DNA of 64,000 bases from Spirochaetia bacterium (GTDB lineage Bacteria; Spirochaetota; Spirochaetia; SZUA-6; Bin103): contig CBDAOI010000003.1 of the NCBI GenBank assembly GCA_965198005.1, positions 288,001 through 352,000 of the forward strand, read 5' to 3'. Each line of letters begins with the position of its first letter. The first letter of the stretch is position 1. The notes beneath the pieces were generated by a model that did not search any database, had not been told where the DNA came from, and saw nothing but the letters and a program-made list of their open reading frames with translations. Position numbers and translations under genes: made by a program. Of the stretch, positions 39,761 through 49,652 are shown one piece after another.

Positions 39761-40775
39761 TCAGGGCTGACCAACTCCGCGGCGGCGGGACTTGGCGCCC
39801 CCGTAGCGGCCGGCGGTGCCGCGCAAGCGCGGGTCGAGCAGGTCGCGGACCGCGTCGCCGAACATGTTGAGACAGTACACCGTCACCGTCAGGAACAGTC
39901 CGGGCCACAGTGCCAGCCGCGGCGCCAGCTCCATGTACCTCCGCCCCTCGCGGCTGAGCATGCCACCCCAGCTCGGCACGTTCACCGGCAGCCCGAAACC
40001 GAGAAAGCTCAAGCTGGCCTCGGCGATGATCACGCCGCCGACGTTGATGGTGAAGATCACGATCAGCGGCGCGGTGATGTTGGGCAGCACGTGGCGCACC
40101 AGGGTCCAGCGCCGGCGCGCGCCAACCGCCTCCGCCGCCTGGAAGTACATGTTCTCCTTGACGCCGAACACCGCGCCGCGCACCACCCGCGACGCCGGGA
40201 TGCCGCCGGTGACGCCGAGCACCACGATCACCGTGACGATGCTGCGATCGACGAACGACATGATGGTGAGCAGCAGCAGCAATCCCGGGAACGACATCCA
40301 GGCATCGACGAAGCGCTGGGTGTAGACGTCGACCCTGCCGCCGATTAAGCCGGTGGTGCCGCCAACCAGCAGCGCCACGATGGTTGTTCAGCACGGTCGC
40401 CGTCAGCCCCACCAGCAGCGACACCTGGGCGCCCTTGAGGATCCGCGCCAGCACGTCGCGGCCGGCGTGATCGGTGCCGAGCGGGTGCTCGGCCGAGGGC
40501 GCCTGCAAGCGGTCCTGCACGCGGCCGATGTCGTACACGTGCGGTGTCAGCCGCTCGGCAAAGATGGCGACGAAGATCAGCCCCAACAGGACGACGCCGG
40601 CCGCGGCTCCCAGCGGCTGCTGCCGCAGCAGTCGACGGAAGAAGTCGGCCACCGGTCGGCGCCGGCCGTTGCGCCGGCCGCCGCCCGCGTCACGCGCCGC
40701 CTCACCCACCGGAGCGCCGCCCGCGTCGACGGCGAGCGGCGCATTCGGTGCATTCCGCGCATTCGGCTCACTCAT
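39761..40775 (-). pseudogene. DppC-type ABC permease, frameshift near 40385
   Basis: HPLGTDHAGRD in one frame; RHVLPN, EASLSFLG, GDAVRDLLDPR in another. Confidence 0.88.
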
Positions 40776-41730
40776 AGCGGATCCTCGGATCCAGGTAGGC
40801 GTACGCCACGTCGGTCGCGAGGTTGATCAGCACCACCACCGAGGCGAAGAACAGATTCACGCCGGACACCACCGGATAGTCGCGAAGGTTGAGCGCGCTC
40901 AGCATCAGGCGACCGAGCCCGGGCAGATTGAAGATGGTCTCGATGATGACCGAGCCACCGGCAATGATGGGCAGCTGCAGCCCGATCAGCGTGACGACCG
41001 GGATGAGGGCGTTCTTGACGGCGTGGCGCAGCACCACCTTCCGCTCCTCCAGGCCCTTGGCCCAGGCGGTCCTCACGTAGTCCTGGCGCAGGACCTCCGG
41101 CATCATGGTGCGGGTCATGCGCATGGTGCTGGCCGCCAGGTAGGTCCCCAGGATCAGGGCCGGAAAGACGAACATGGTGAGGTTGGCCAGCGGGTCGACG
41201 TCGAAGCGGACGTGTACTATCGGAGGCGTCCAACCCCACCAGATAGCCGGGTAGATGATAACCAGCAGCGCGAGCCAGAAGTTCGGGGTCGCCAGGCCGA
41301 TGATCGCCGCCGAGCGGCCGGCGTAGTCGGCCACCGTGTACTGCCGAATCGCCGAATAGATGCCTATCGGTACCGCGATGATCAGGCCGGTCAGGATTGC
41401 CAGCAGCCCCAGCTCGAGGGTCACGCCTATCCTGGTGGCCATCATCGCCTCCACCGTGTCGCCGCTCGAGCCGGCATACAGCGATCTGCCGAGGGTGCCA
41501 CGCACGACGATGTCCCCGATCCACCGCGAGTACTGCACGTAAACGGGGACGTCGAGCCCGAGCCGCTTCTTCGCGGCAGCGATGTCGATCGCGCCGCCGC
41601 CTTCGTAGCCCATCCGGGCGACCATCACCTCGATGATGTTGCCGGGAATGAAGCGCACCGAGAGAAACACGAGGATGGTGACGACGAACAGGGTCGGGAT
41701 GACCAGCAGCATGGCGGCGATGGCGGTTCG
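40768..41730 (-). pseudogene. DppB-type ABC permease, extreme N-terminus replaced
   Basis: QDYVRTAWAKG, RDYPVV, YLDPRIRY; no native start. Confidence 0.82.
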
Positions 41731-41749
41731 TGCTCCCGGCAAATATCGG

Positions 41750-42105
41750 TCGAGCTGACATCGTCGGGAACGCACAGCACCACCGGTCCGGGTTTGCCGG
41801 TGGTGGCCACGCGCAGCGCCTGGCCGAAAATGGCGTCCAGTGACCTCGGATCGGTGACGCGCACCTGCCACTTGCTGACCGGCTTGAACATGTCCATTTG
41901 ATCCAGCGCCGTCACACACGCCCACGCGACCGGTAATGCGCGCGTAGGCATCGGCCGCGTAGCCGCCGCTGCGCCCATCGCGCATCAGCACGTGCGAAAT
42001 GCGACCGGGCAACCGGCGGATGCCCTCGTAGAGAGGCAGCGTCTGACCGCCTGGGACACCGAACACCCTGTCTATGCCGCTTGCCACGAGCAAGCGGGCC
42101 AATCT
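41750..42105 (-). pseudogene. TPP-binding (acetolactate synthase-like) N-terminal fragment with internal deletion
   Basis: VFGVPGGQ..YAADAYARITG then out-of-frame LDQMDMFKPVSKW..GPVVL. Confidence 0.8.
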
Positions 42106-42109
42106 TTCG

Positions 42110-42660
42110 CCACCCCGCAGACTGGGGTCCAGCAGGTCTCTCAGCGCGTCGCCGAACATGTTGGTGCCCCAGACAACGGTGAACAGGGACAGCCCGGGCC
42201 ACAGCGCCAGCGCCGGGACCCGCTCCATGTAGCGGCGTCCTTCTCAACTCAGCATCCCGCCCCAGCTCGCGACATCGGGGGGCAGCCCAAGACCGAGGAA
42301 GGTCAGCGACGCCTCCGCAATGATCACGTCGCCTATGGTCACGGTAAAGATGACGATCATCGGCGCCATGATGTTGGGCAGCACATGGCGCAGGATGGTC
42401 CTGCCGCCGCCTGCACGTACACGTTCTCCTTGATGCGGATCACCGCACTGCGCGCGATTCTCGAACCGCTGATGCCGCCGGCAATGCCCAGCACCAGGAT
42501 GATCTGCAGCCGGCCCTGGCCGACCAGCGACATCACCGTAATCAGAATGAGCAGCCCCGGGAAGGCCATCCAGGCATCGACAAACCGTTGCACGACCATG
42601 TCGAGCTTGCCGCCGAAGAACCCGGGCGTCGCGCCGATCAGCAGCGCCACCACCAGGTTG
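42110..42660 (-). pseudogene. Second DppC permease fragment with multiple frameshifts
   Basis: QRFVDAWMAFPG, RHVLPN, GDALRDLLDP in three frames. Confidence 0.82.
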
Positions 42661-42669
42661 ATGCTGGTT

Positions 42670-42934
42670 GCAGCTCGCCCAGTGTCGGGGTCGGGATACC
42701 GAGGCAGCCAATGTGGATGAACGGCAGGATGCGCACTGCCGCCCCGTCGATGGCGGTGCGGCGGAACTCGGCGAAGTTGACGCAGCCGCAGGTGCCCGCG
42801 TCGACCGCGGTGGTGACCCCGCCGCGCAGCGCGGCGCGAGGATCGACGCCGTACAGGCTGCCGTCGATGTTTGCCGCCGGATTGATGACGTGACCTCCCC
42901 GCAGCAGCAGGGTCGGCTCGCGCAGCGTTTTCAT
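42670..42934 (-). pseudogene. Amidohydrolase/dihydroorotase-like N-terminal fragment
   Basis: LLRGGHVINP, GVTTAVDAG; intervening HxH motif absent. Confidence 0.7.
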
Positions 42935-43068
42935 GTCCGGCGAGCGTGCCAGAGAAGGCGTCGCCCCGTCGCCCCGCAAGGCACGGGATACGCAGCCGGG
43001 GGGGTGCTTACGGGCCGCCCGGATTCCGGTTGTAGATGGCCACGCGGCGAGCTAACTTTAGCACCGAC

Positions 43069-44751
43069 GTGAGCAGCGCCGTTTCCCCCTCCGACTTCAT
43101 TCGCAAGGCGATTCGCCGGGACTTGGCCGCCGGCCGCTTCGACCGGGTCCAGACGCGCTGGCCGCCGGAGCCGAACGGCTACATCGGCCTCGGCCACGCC
43201 AAGGCGATCACCCTCAACTTCGACGTCGCCCGCGAGTTCGGCGGGTTCTGCAGCCTGCGCTTCGACGACACCAACCCGGAGCGCGAGAAGCTGGAGTACG
43301 TGCAGTCGATCAAGGAGGACATCCGCTGGCTCGGCTTCGACTGGGGCGAGCACGAGTACTACGCCTCCGACTACTACGAGCGGCTGTACGAGCTGGCCGA
43401 GCAACTGGTGGAACAGGGGGACGCCTACGTCGACAGCCTGTCGGCGGAACAGATCAGCGAGTACCGCGGGGTACCCACCCGTCCCGGCCGCGAGAGCCCG
43501 GACCGCAACCGGCCGCCGGCGGAGAGCCTGGACCTGCTGCGCCGCATGCGCGCGGGCGAGTTCGCCGACGGCGCCTACGTGCTGCGCGCCCGGATCGACA
43601 TGGCCTCACCCAACCTGAACCTGCGCGATCCGGTGATGTACCGCATCCGCCGCGCCCGCCACTACCGCACCGGCGACGCCTGGTGCATCTATCCGATGTA
43701 CGACTGGGCGCACGGCCAGAGCGACTCGATCGAAGGGGTCACCCACTCGCTGTGCTCACTGGAGTTCGAGAACAACCGCCCGCTGTACGACTGGTACCTG
43801 GACAAGCTGGGGATCTTCCGCTCGCGGCAGATCGAGTTCAACCACCTCAACGTGGCCTACGCCGTGCTGCACAAGCGCATCCTGCGCCGGCTGGTGGCCG
43901 ACGGCACGGTGCGCGGCTGGGACGACCCGCGCCTGCTGACGCTGCGCGGCCTGCGCCGGCGCGGCTTTACTCCAAGCGCCATCCGCGCGTTCGTGCGCAG
44001 CGTCGGCCTCACCAAGACCACGGTGCTGATCAGCTACGCGCAACTGGAGTACTACCTGCGCCAGGAGCTGAACCGGACCGTCACCCGGGTGATGGCGGTG
44101 CTGGACCCGTTGCGGGTGGTGGTCACCAACTACCCGGAGGGGCGGAGCGAGCAGGTGGAGGTCGAGAACAACCCCGAGGACGCGGGCGCCGGCACCCGGC
44201 TGCTGCCCTTCTCGCGCGAGCTGTTCATCGAACGCAACGACTTCATGGAGCAGGCGCCGCGCAAGTTCTTCCGCCTGTCACCGGGGCGCGAGGTGCGGCT
44301 CAAGGGCGCCTACTACATTACCTGCGACCAGGTGGTGAAGGATGACGCCGGACAGGTGACCGAGCTGCGCTGCAGCTACGATCCGGGTTCGCGCGGCGGC
44401 GGCACCGCGGACGGCCGGGTGGTGCGCGGCACCCTGCACTGGGTCTCGGCCGAGCACGCCGTGAACGTGGAGGTGCGGCTGTACGATCACCTGTTCACCA
44501 CCGAGCACATGAACGAGGTGGAGCACGAGCACCCGGACCGCCACCTCAACCCCGACTCGGAGGTGATCCTGCGCGGCTGTCAGGTGGAACCGGGGCTGGC
44601 ACAGGCCCGCCCGGAGCAGCTCTTCCAGTTTCTGCGCCACGGCTACTTCGTGGTCGACAACCGCGATTCCCGCCCCGGCGCGCCGGTGTTCAACCGCGCG
44701 GTCGGCCTGCGCGACACCTGGGCCAAGCTGCAACGCGCCGCCCGGCGCTGA
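43069..44751 (+). CDS. glnS: Glutamine-tRNA ligase
   Basis: TRWPPEPNG, LRFDDTNP, YPMYD, THSLCSLEF, FQFLRHGYF; start placed after TTGTAG-17-TAACTT. Confidence 0.95.
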   Translation: MSSAVSPSDFIRKAIRRDLAAGRFDRVQTRWPPEPNGYIGLGHAKAITLNFDVAREFGGFCSLRFDDTNPEREKLEYVQSIKEDIRWLGFDWGEHEYYASDYYERLYELAEQLVEQGDAYVDSLSAEQISEYRGVPTRPGRESPDRNRPPAESLDLLRRMRAGEFADGAYVLRARIDMASPNLNLRDPVMYRIRRARHYRTGDAWCIYPMYDWAHGQSDSIEGVTHSLCSLEFENNRPLYDWYLDKLGIFRSRQIEFNHLNVAYAVLHKRILRRLVADGTVRGWDDPRLLTLRGLRRRGFTPSAIRAFVRSVGLTKTTVLISYAQLEYYLRQELNRTVTRVMAVLDPLRVVVTNYPEGRSEQVEVENNPEDAGAGTRLLPFSRELFIERNDFMEQAPRKFFRLSPGREVRLKGAYYITCDQVVKDDAGQVTELRCSYDPGSRGGGTADGRVVRGTLHWVSAEHAVNVEVRLYDHLFTTEHMNEVEHEHPDRHLNPDSEVILRGCQVEPGLAQARPEQLFQFLRHGYFVVDNRDSRPGAPVFNRAVGLRDTWAKLQRAARR

Positions 44752-44759
44752 TTTTTCGG

Positions 44760-44841
44760 GCGTGTCCCAATGGATCGTCGAGATCGACGGCGACCGCGGC
44801 ATCACCGGGGTCGGCGAGGCGTGCACCGACATCGGCCAGTA
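44760..44841 (+). pseudogene. Possible enolase-superfamily (mandelate racemase-like) fragment
   Basis: IVEIDGDRGITGVGEA. Confidence 0.4.
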
Positions 44842-44967
44842 GCAGCGCCAGCGACACTCTGGTGAGGATCTATTCGTTCTCTCGGCGGGCGATCGGGTCG
44901 AGGCAACTGGACTTCCGTTCCACGCTCGAGTACTCCTACTACTCCTACTGTCAAAAACGGTTCGCGG

Positions 44968-45873
44968 ATGACGCGCGAGACACTGCAACAGAGACTGGAT
45001 GAACTCAACGTCTGGAAGCGGGGTGATGAGCGCGCTCCCCACAAGCCCCTGCTGCTGCTGCTTGCCATGGGACGGGCGGTACGCGGAGAGGAGCGCCTCG
45101 TGTCCTTCCGCGAGATCGAAGCGCCGCTGACCGGTCTGCTGCGACACTTCGGCCCGCCGCGCCGTGCGTATCATCCGGAATTCCCGTTCCGGTATCTGGC
45201 CACCGACGGGCTCTGGGAAGTGCCCGGAGTCGCGTCCTGGAGCAAGAAGCACTTGCGCGATCGCGGCATCGAGGGCGGTCTCCCGGAGCCGCTGTATCGG
45301 TTGCTGGCAACGGACCCGGCCAGTGCCCGGCTCGCGGCCCGCAGGCTCCTGGATGCACATTTCCCCGTTTCCATGCACCAGCACATCTTGGAGGCCGTAG
45401 GGTTGTTGGGCACCGCCGAGCAGGAGGGGAGGGCGTCCCGGCGTCTCCGCGACCCGCGCTTCCGCGAGGCGGTTCTGACCGCTTACGAGCGCCGTTGTGC
45501 GGTCTGCGACTTCGATCTGCGCCTGAAGGATGACTTGCTGGGACTGGAAGCCGCGCACATCCAATGGCACTCCCACGGCGGCCCCGATCGCGTTACCAAC
45601 GGGCTGGCGCTGTGTACCTTTCATCATGGCGCTTTCGATCGCGGAGCAATCGGATTGGAGAGGGCCACGGAGGGGGCAGGCTACCGGCTCGTAGTGTCGC
45701 GAGAGGTTCACGGAACGAGCCCGGCGGTACGCTGGCTCCTGGACTATCACGACTGCCCGATACGTCTTCCTCAGGAGGGCCTCGGGGAACCCGCAGCTCA
45801 GTACGTTGCATGGCATACCAGGCAGGTATTCCGCGCCCCGCCTCGTGGCCGGGTTCACCCGCCCGCATGCTGA
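44968..45873 (+). CDS. HNH endonuclease with N-terminal SBD-like domain (putative phosphorothioate-dependent restriction)
   Basis: RAPHKPLLLL, PEFPFRYL; RDPRFR, CAVC, LEAAHI, NGLALCTFHHGAFDRG. Confidence 0.8.
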   Translation: MTRETLQQRLDELNVWKRGDERAPHKPLLLLLAMGRAVRGEERLVSFREIEAPLTGLLRHFGPPRRAYHPEFPFRYLATDGLWEVPGVASWSKKHLRDRGIEGGLPEPLYRLLATDPASARLAARRLLDAHFPVSMHQHILEAVGLLGTAEQEGRASRRLRDPRFREAVLTAYERRCAVCDFDLRLKDDLLGLEAAHIQWHSHGGPDRVTNGLALCTFHHGAFDRGAIGLERATEGAGYRLVVSREVHGTSPAVRWLLDYHDCPIRLPQEGLGEPAAQYVAWHTRQVFRAPPRGRVHPPAC

Positions 45874-45984
45874 CTCGTCATCGTGTGCAACCGCACGGTG
45901 ACACGCGAGGATACCGAACACGGGAGGCGACGCACGCGGGGACAGGAACATACCAAGTTCTTGGCCCTGGAACTGCGGTTTGGT

Positions 45985-46554
45985 TCAGCCTGCCGGGGGC
46001 AGCGCCGCGCACCAGTCGGTAAGGGCGGCCGCGGTGCTGGGGAACGCCAACTCCGACCACGGAATGTCCGGGGCGGCAACCCAGCGCACCTCCTCGGCCT
46101 CGGGTCCCGGCCGCGCTTCGCCGGCCGCCAGCCGCGCGCGATAGACGATCAGCACCACGGGATTGCCGCGCGCGGAATAGACCCCCAGCAGCTCGCCCAG
46201 CGTGATCCGAACCCCGGCTTCCTCGAATGCCTCCCGCACCGCCGCCGCCGGCACCGGCTCGCCGCGGTCGACGTAGCCGCCGGGAAAGGTCCAGCGCCCG
46301 CGCGCCGGCTCGATGGCGCGGCGCAGCAGCAACACCCGCCGGTCACGCTCGACCACGGCGCCGGCGGCCACCTTGGGATCGGCATAGACCACGAACCCGC
46401 ACCGCGGGCACACCGGCAGGGTCTTCCCCTCCACCGCCCGGCGTACCAGCGGTGCCGCGCAGCGGCTGCAGAACGTGGCTGCGACCGCGTGGTGATGATC
46501 CTCGGGATGATGGTGCGGCTGGTGCGGGTTGCGCGGCGCGTGGTGCCGTGCCAC
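45985..46554 (-). CDS. NUDIX hydrolase with N-terminal zinc ribbon
   Basis: FCSRC..CPRC; GGYVDRGEPVPAAAVREAFEEAG Nudix box. Confidence 0.9.
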   Translation of the reverse strand: MARHHAPRNPHQPHHHPEDHHHAVAATFCSRCAAPLVRRAVEGKTLPVCPRCGFVVYADPKVAAGAVVERDRRVLLLRRAIEPARGRWTFPGGYVDRGEPVPAAAVREAFEEAGVRITLGELLGVYSARGNPVVLIVYRARLAAGEARPGPEAEEVRWVAAPDIPWSELAFPSTAAALTDWCAALPPAG

Positions 46555-46633
46555 GAGTTCCGATTCTACCGGCTTGCTTCCCCACTGTCGCCCGGTGGGG
46601 TGGGGTTCCCCACGCGGGCGACAGTGAGATGGG

Positions 46634-47038
46634 CTACGACGCCCGCTTGGCGGCTGCGGGATCCTTGTCGGCGGCCGCGGCGTCTTCGCCGCTGCCGTTG
46701 GCGTCGGCCCGGCGCTGCGGCTGGAACTCCACGTGCTCGGCGACGATCATCACCTTCGAGCGGGCGTTGCCGTCGCCGTCCTGCCAGCGGTCCTGCTTCA
46801 GGCGGCCCACCACGCGCACGCCCCGCCCCTTCTTGAGGTAGTCGCTGCACACGGTCGCCAGCTTGCCCCAGGCCGTGGTTTCGATGAAGGAGACCTCCTC
46901 CTGGCGCTCCTCCTCCACCTTGTAGGAACGGTTCGACGCCACCACCAGGGTGCACACCGGCGTCCCCTTGGGGGTGAAGCGCAGGTCGGGGTCACGACAC
47001 AAGTTGCCTTCCAGCAACACGGAATTGAGATTGTTCAC
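46634..47038 (-). CDS. ssb: Single-stranded DNA-binding protein
   Basis: NSVLLEGNLCRDP, LKKGRGVRVVGRL; lacks DDIPF tail. Confidence 0.9.
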   Translation of the reverse strand: MNNLNSVLLEGNLCRDPDLRFTPKGTPVCTLVVASNRSYKVEEERQEEVSFIETTAWGKLATVCSDYLKKGRGVRVVGRLKQDRWQDGDGNARSKVMIVAEHVEFQPQRRADANGSGEDAAAADKDPAAAKRAS

Positions 47039-47176
47039 AATGCCCTCCAGACAGTGTTCTTGCGGCAGCCGCGCCGCGGGCGCTGCTCCGCTCTACCCCT
47101 ACTCAACCGCGGCCGTTCGCTGCCGCTTCAAAGCAGACGCCGGGCTGGCCGGCGCTGCCGCGCACACCGCCGAGCT

Positions 47177-47290
47177 ATGCCGCTGACCCGCATGCACGCC
47201 GAGCTGCTCAGCCCGATCGCCGCGAACCGCAGCCCGGAGAAGCACGTCGCGGGGGCGACCGTTCTGCACTGCGCCGATGATACGCACCGC
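47177..47290 (+). pseudogene. N-terminal stub of a hypothetical nucleotidyltransferase-like gene
   Basis: MPLT..NRSPEKHVAGATVL resembles AbiEii-like N-termini; recall only. Confidence 0.35.
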
Positions 47291-47489
47291 GATCAAGCGC
47301 CGCTGGCGTGGGGGCGTGGGCGGGTAATCTTGTCCTGTCCGCTGGGCTATATTGGGTCGATGGATCATTCTGGCCCATTGCTGGGGCAGCGGGGCACGCC
47401 GTGCCAGGCCCACGCCGGAACTGATCCGGAGTCTATATTTGCCGGTACATAAAGGAATTGATACGGGTCGGCGGTGGCCGCCGTGCGGC

Positions 47490-47506
47490 TTGGCACGGTT
47501 CCTGCT
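47490..47506 (+). promoter_or_regulatory. Sigma54 (-24/-12) promoter
   Basis: TTGGCACGGTTCCTGCT, GG-N10-GC, about 40 bp upstream of hsp20. Confidence 0.72.
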
Positions 47507-47547
47507 TTGAGGTTGGCAGAAACTATTTCCTATTCAGGAGGACTGAC

Positions 47548-47967
47548 ATGAGAAGCCTTGTTACCTATCAACCGTCGGCCGCGAGCATCGATCGCTGGTT
47601 CGATTCGCTGTTCGGCGAGTGGGCGCGGCCCAGCGTCGCGGTGTGCGCCCCCACGGTGGACATCCGCGAGGAGCAGGATGCCTATCGCCTGGAGGCGGAG
47701 TTGCCCGGACTGACCGAGAAGGACTTCGCGGTCGACGTCGAGCAGAACCTGCTCACCATCGCGTCTCGCAAGGAGACGGCCACCGAGGATGAGCGCGACG
47801 GGTACGTCATCCGCGAGCGCCGGCGCGGCGCGTTCAAGCGCTCGTTCGTGCTGCCCCGGCACGTCGACACCGACAACATCGGCGCGCAGTTCAAGCACGG
47901 CGTGCTGACCCTGGTCGTGCCCAAGGCCGCGCAGGCGCAACGCAAGGAGATCCCGGTCAAGGCGTAA
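47548..47967 (+). CDS. Hsp20/alpha-crystallin small heat-shock protein
   Basis: PTVDIRE, AELPG, FKRSFVLP, HGVLTL; SD AGGAGG. Confidence 0.95.
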   Translation: MRSLVTYQPSAASIDRWFDSLFGEWARPSVAVCAPTVDIREEQDAYRLEAELPGLTEKDFAVDVEQNLLTIASRKETATEDERDGYVIRERRRGAFKRSFVLPRHVDTDNIGAQFKHGVLTLVVPKAAQAQRKEIPVKA

Positions 47968-48000
47968 CCGCCGCCACCAGACCGACTCGAACCCCCAACC

Positions 48001-48028
48001 GGCCCCGCCAGCGCGCGGGGCCTTTTTT
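48001..48028 (+). terminator. Rho-independent terminator
   Basis: GGCCCCGC-cagc-GCGGGGCC-TTTTTT after hsp20. Confidence 0.85.
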
Positions 48029-48035
48029 GCGGCAG

Positions 48036-48057
48036 TCCAGGCGCTTCCCACGTGGCG
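48036..48057 (+). repeat. 22-bp direct repeat, left copy
   Basis: TCCAGGCGCTTCCCACGTGGCG identical to 49653-49674. Confidence 0.92.
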
Positions 48058-48072
48058 TGGCGGATCGCGTTT

Positions 48073-49437
48073 CTACTCCACGTCACAGTCAAATAGACTC
48101 ATGCTTTGGTCAAACGAGCCTCTGGCCAAGTGCTCACGAACCAGTTCTACCGACCACGGATCCTTGAGCGTCTTTCTTCTTACGTCCTCTGCGAGCTTCT
48201 CTACGGTCGCGAACTTTCCGCTGAGCGACGTGCCCTTCCTCTCGAAAAACTCGGATCTGCTGAGAACGACCGACACGTCGTTGGTGGGAGCCCGCCATTC
48301 GTAGACGATTGCAACATGCTTCGACGTGCTTCTTCCGTTGTCAAAATAGACCGCCCCGATAGGAACGAGGTCAGAGCCCCTGATCTGTAATCGAAGTTCC
48401 TCTTCGAGCTCCCGTATGGCGCAACGAATAATAGGGTCACCGTTTGCCGCATCTTCGCGTCGAACATGTCCGCCAGCCCAAAGGACGACCTTATTGTGCA
48501 GGGGATTATCACTCGTTCTTTCGCGACGACGAAGACGAAGCACCTCACCGCTGGCATTCCGCACGACCACTATCGGAATCGGTTGGATCCTCGAGGTGTC
48601 GGCCTCCACTTGATCTCGCGGCATGAAATCGGAGTCGCCATGGCGAAGCAACTGGCCAGCGCGATCACTGGAGATGAAGTTCCTATCCGCGAATGTACGA
48701 GTCACGAGACTCCTTGGATATGACAGTATTTCTTCATCGATGTGTTCCTCGATCAATCCAATAACGAGTTCCGCAACTACTTCTGCTGTCCTCTTGGGAT
48801 CGTCCTTTGTTTCTCCCTCGGAGGTATTGATTTCATATATCCGGAAGTCCTTGCTTAGCTGGGCGGCGCGTTGCCGGTTGATGTTCTGTATCTGCTGCAG
48901 GATATCGACGTTCATGATCGAGCCGCCCTTGCCAACCACAGGAAGCACACCCTGTTCACGCTTCATGGCATCGGATGGCGAGGCAATCATCACAAAAACA
49001 GCGGATATTCGTTTCCTCCAGTCATCAATCGAAAGAAATCTCTGAATGACCTCTCGGTCCTCTGTGCGGATTCGAGATATCCGTTCCATCATGGTCAACC
49101 AGCAAATGGAGTCGAATAACCCGCGGTCCAAGAACAGTATCTGGGGATCGTCCGATCGTGGCGGGTTTTGCGTCTTCTCCAAGATCTGGGCAAGAGTCGT
49201 GCACAACGTCCAGATGTTGAAATTGGAATGCTTCTTGTCGCGAATAGGACAGACGGACGCTCGTTCGACCATGACGTCAGTTCGAAACCCGCATCGCTTC
49301 AGAAACGCCTGTACCTGCGTGAGTGTGCTTGTCTTGCCCGCCTTGGGTACTCCCGCGAATTCGATCACCAAGGGTTTTCGCGCCTTCTCGGGGAATTGCA
49401 GAGCCGCTCGTTCGGCGCGTTCCTGGAGATTGGACAT
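48073..49437 (-). CDS. P-loop nucleotide kinase (thymidylate kinase-like) fused to a NUDIX domain
   Basis: IEFAGVPKAGKTS, LFLDRG; C-terminal GGHV..AIRELEEEL; lower GC than flanks. Confidence 0.8.
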   Translation of the reverse strand: MSNLQERAERAALQFPEKARKPLVIEFAGVPKAGKTSTLTQVQAFLKRCGFRTDVMVERASVCPIRDKKHSNFNIWTLCTTLAQILEKTQNPPRSDDPQILFLDRGLFDSICWLTMMERISRIRTEDREVIQRFLSIDDWRKRISAVFVMIASPSDAMKREQGVLPVVGKGGSIMNVDILQQIQNINRQRAAQLSKDFRIYEINTSEGETKDDPKRTAEVVAELVIGLIEEHIDEEILSYPRSLVTRTFADRNFISSDRAGQLLRHGDSDFMPRDQVEADTSRIQPIPIVVVRNASGEVLRLRRRERTSDNPLHNKVVLWAGGHVRREDAANGDPIIRCAIRELEEELRLQIRGSDLVPIGAVYFDNGRSTSKHVAIVYEWRAPTNDVSVVLSRSEFFERKGTSLSGKFATVEKLAEDVRRKTLKDPWSVELVREHLARGSFDQSMSLFDCDVE

Positions 49438-49607
49438 CAGGCGGTGAGGTGCTTGCCCGGAATGCGGGTGCCCTCGTACTCGGCGTCGGGGTCGCGTTCG
49501 GCGATGGCGGGCGGGGCGTCGCCCTCCCGGTAGTCGGGCACCGGGTCGGGGCGGCCGCGCCGCAGCACTGGCGGGTCGCGCGGCGTCCGCGCAGTTTCCA
49601 GAGTCAT
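49437..49607 (-). CDS. 56-aa ORF translationally coupled to kinase-NUDIX (possibly a gene remnant)
   Basis: TGC-TATCCT 6 nt before ATG; stop overlaps next start (TGATG). Confidence 0.4.
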   Translation of the reverse strand: MTLETARTPRDPPVLRRGRPDPVPDYREGDAPPAIAERDPDAEYEGTRIPGKHLTA

Positions 49608-49652
49608 GCGCCGAGGATAGCACGAGTTCCGCCGCCGTCGACCATCCCCCCT

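Noticed and set aside
40768-42228. 486-aa ORF as a genuine TPP enzyme-permease fusion
   Set aside because: Chimera of DppC, TPP-enzyme and DppB pieces with an out-of-frame linker.
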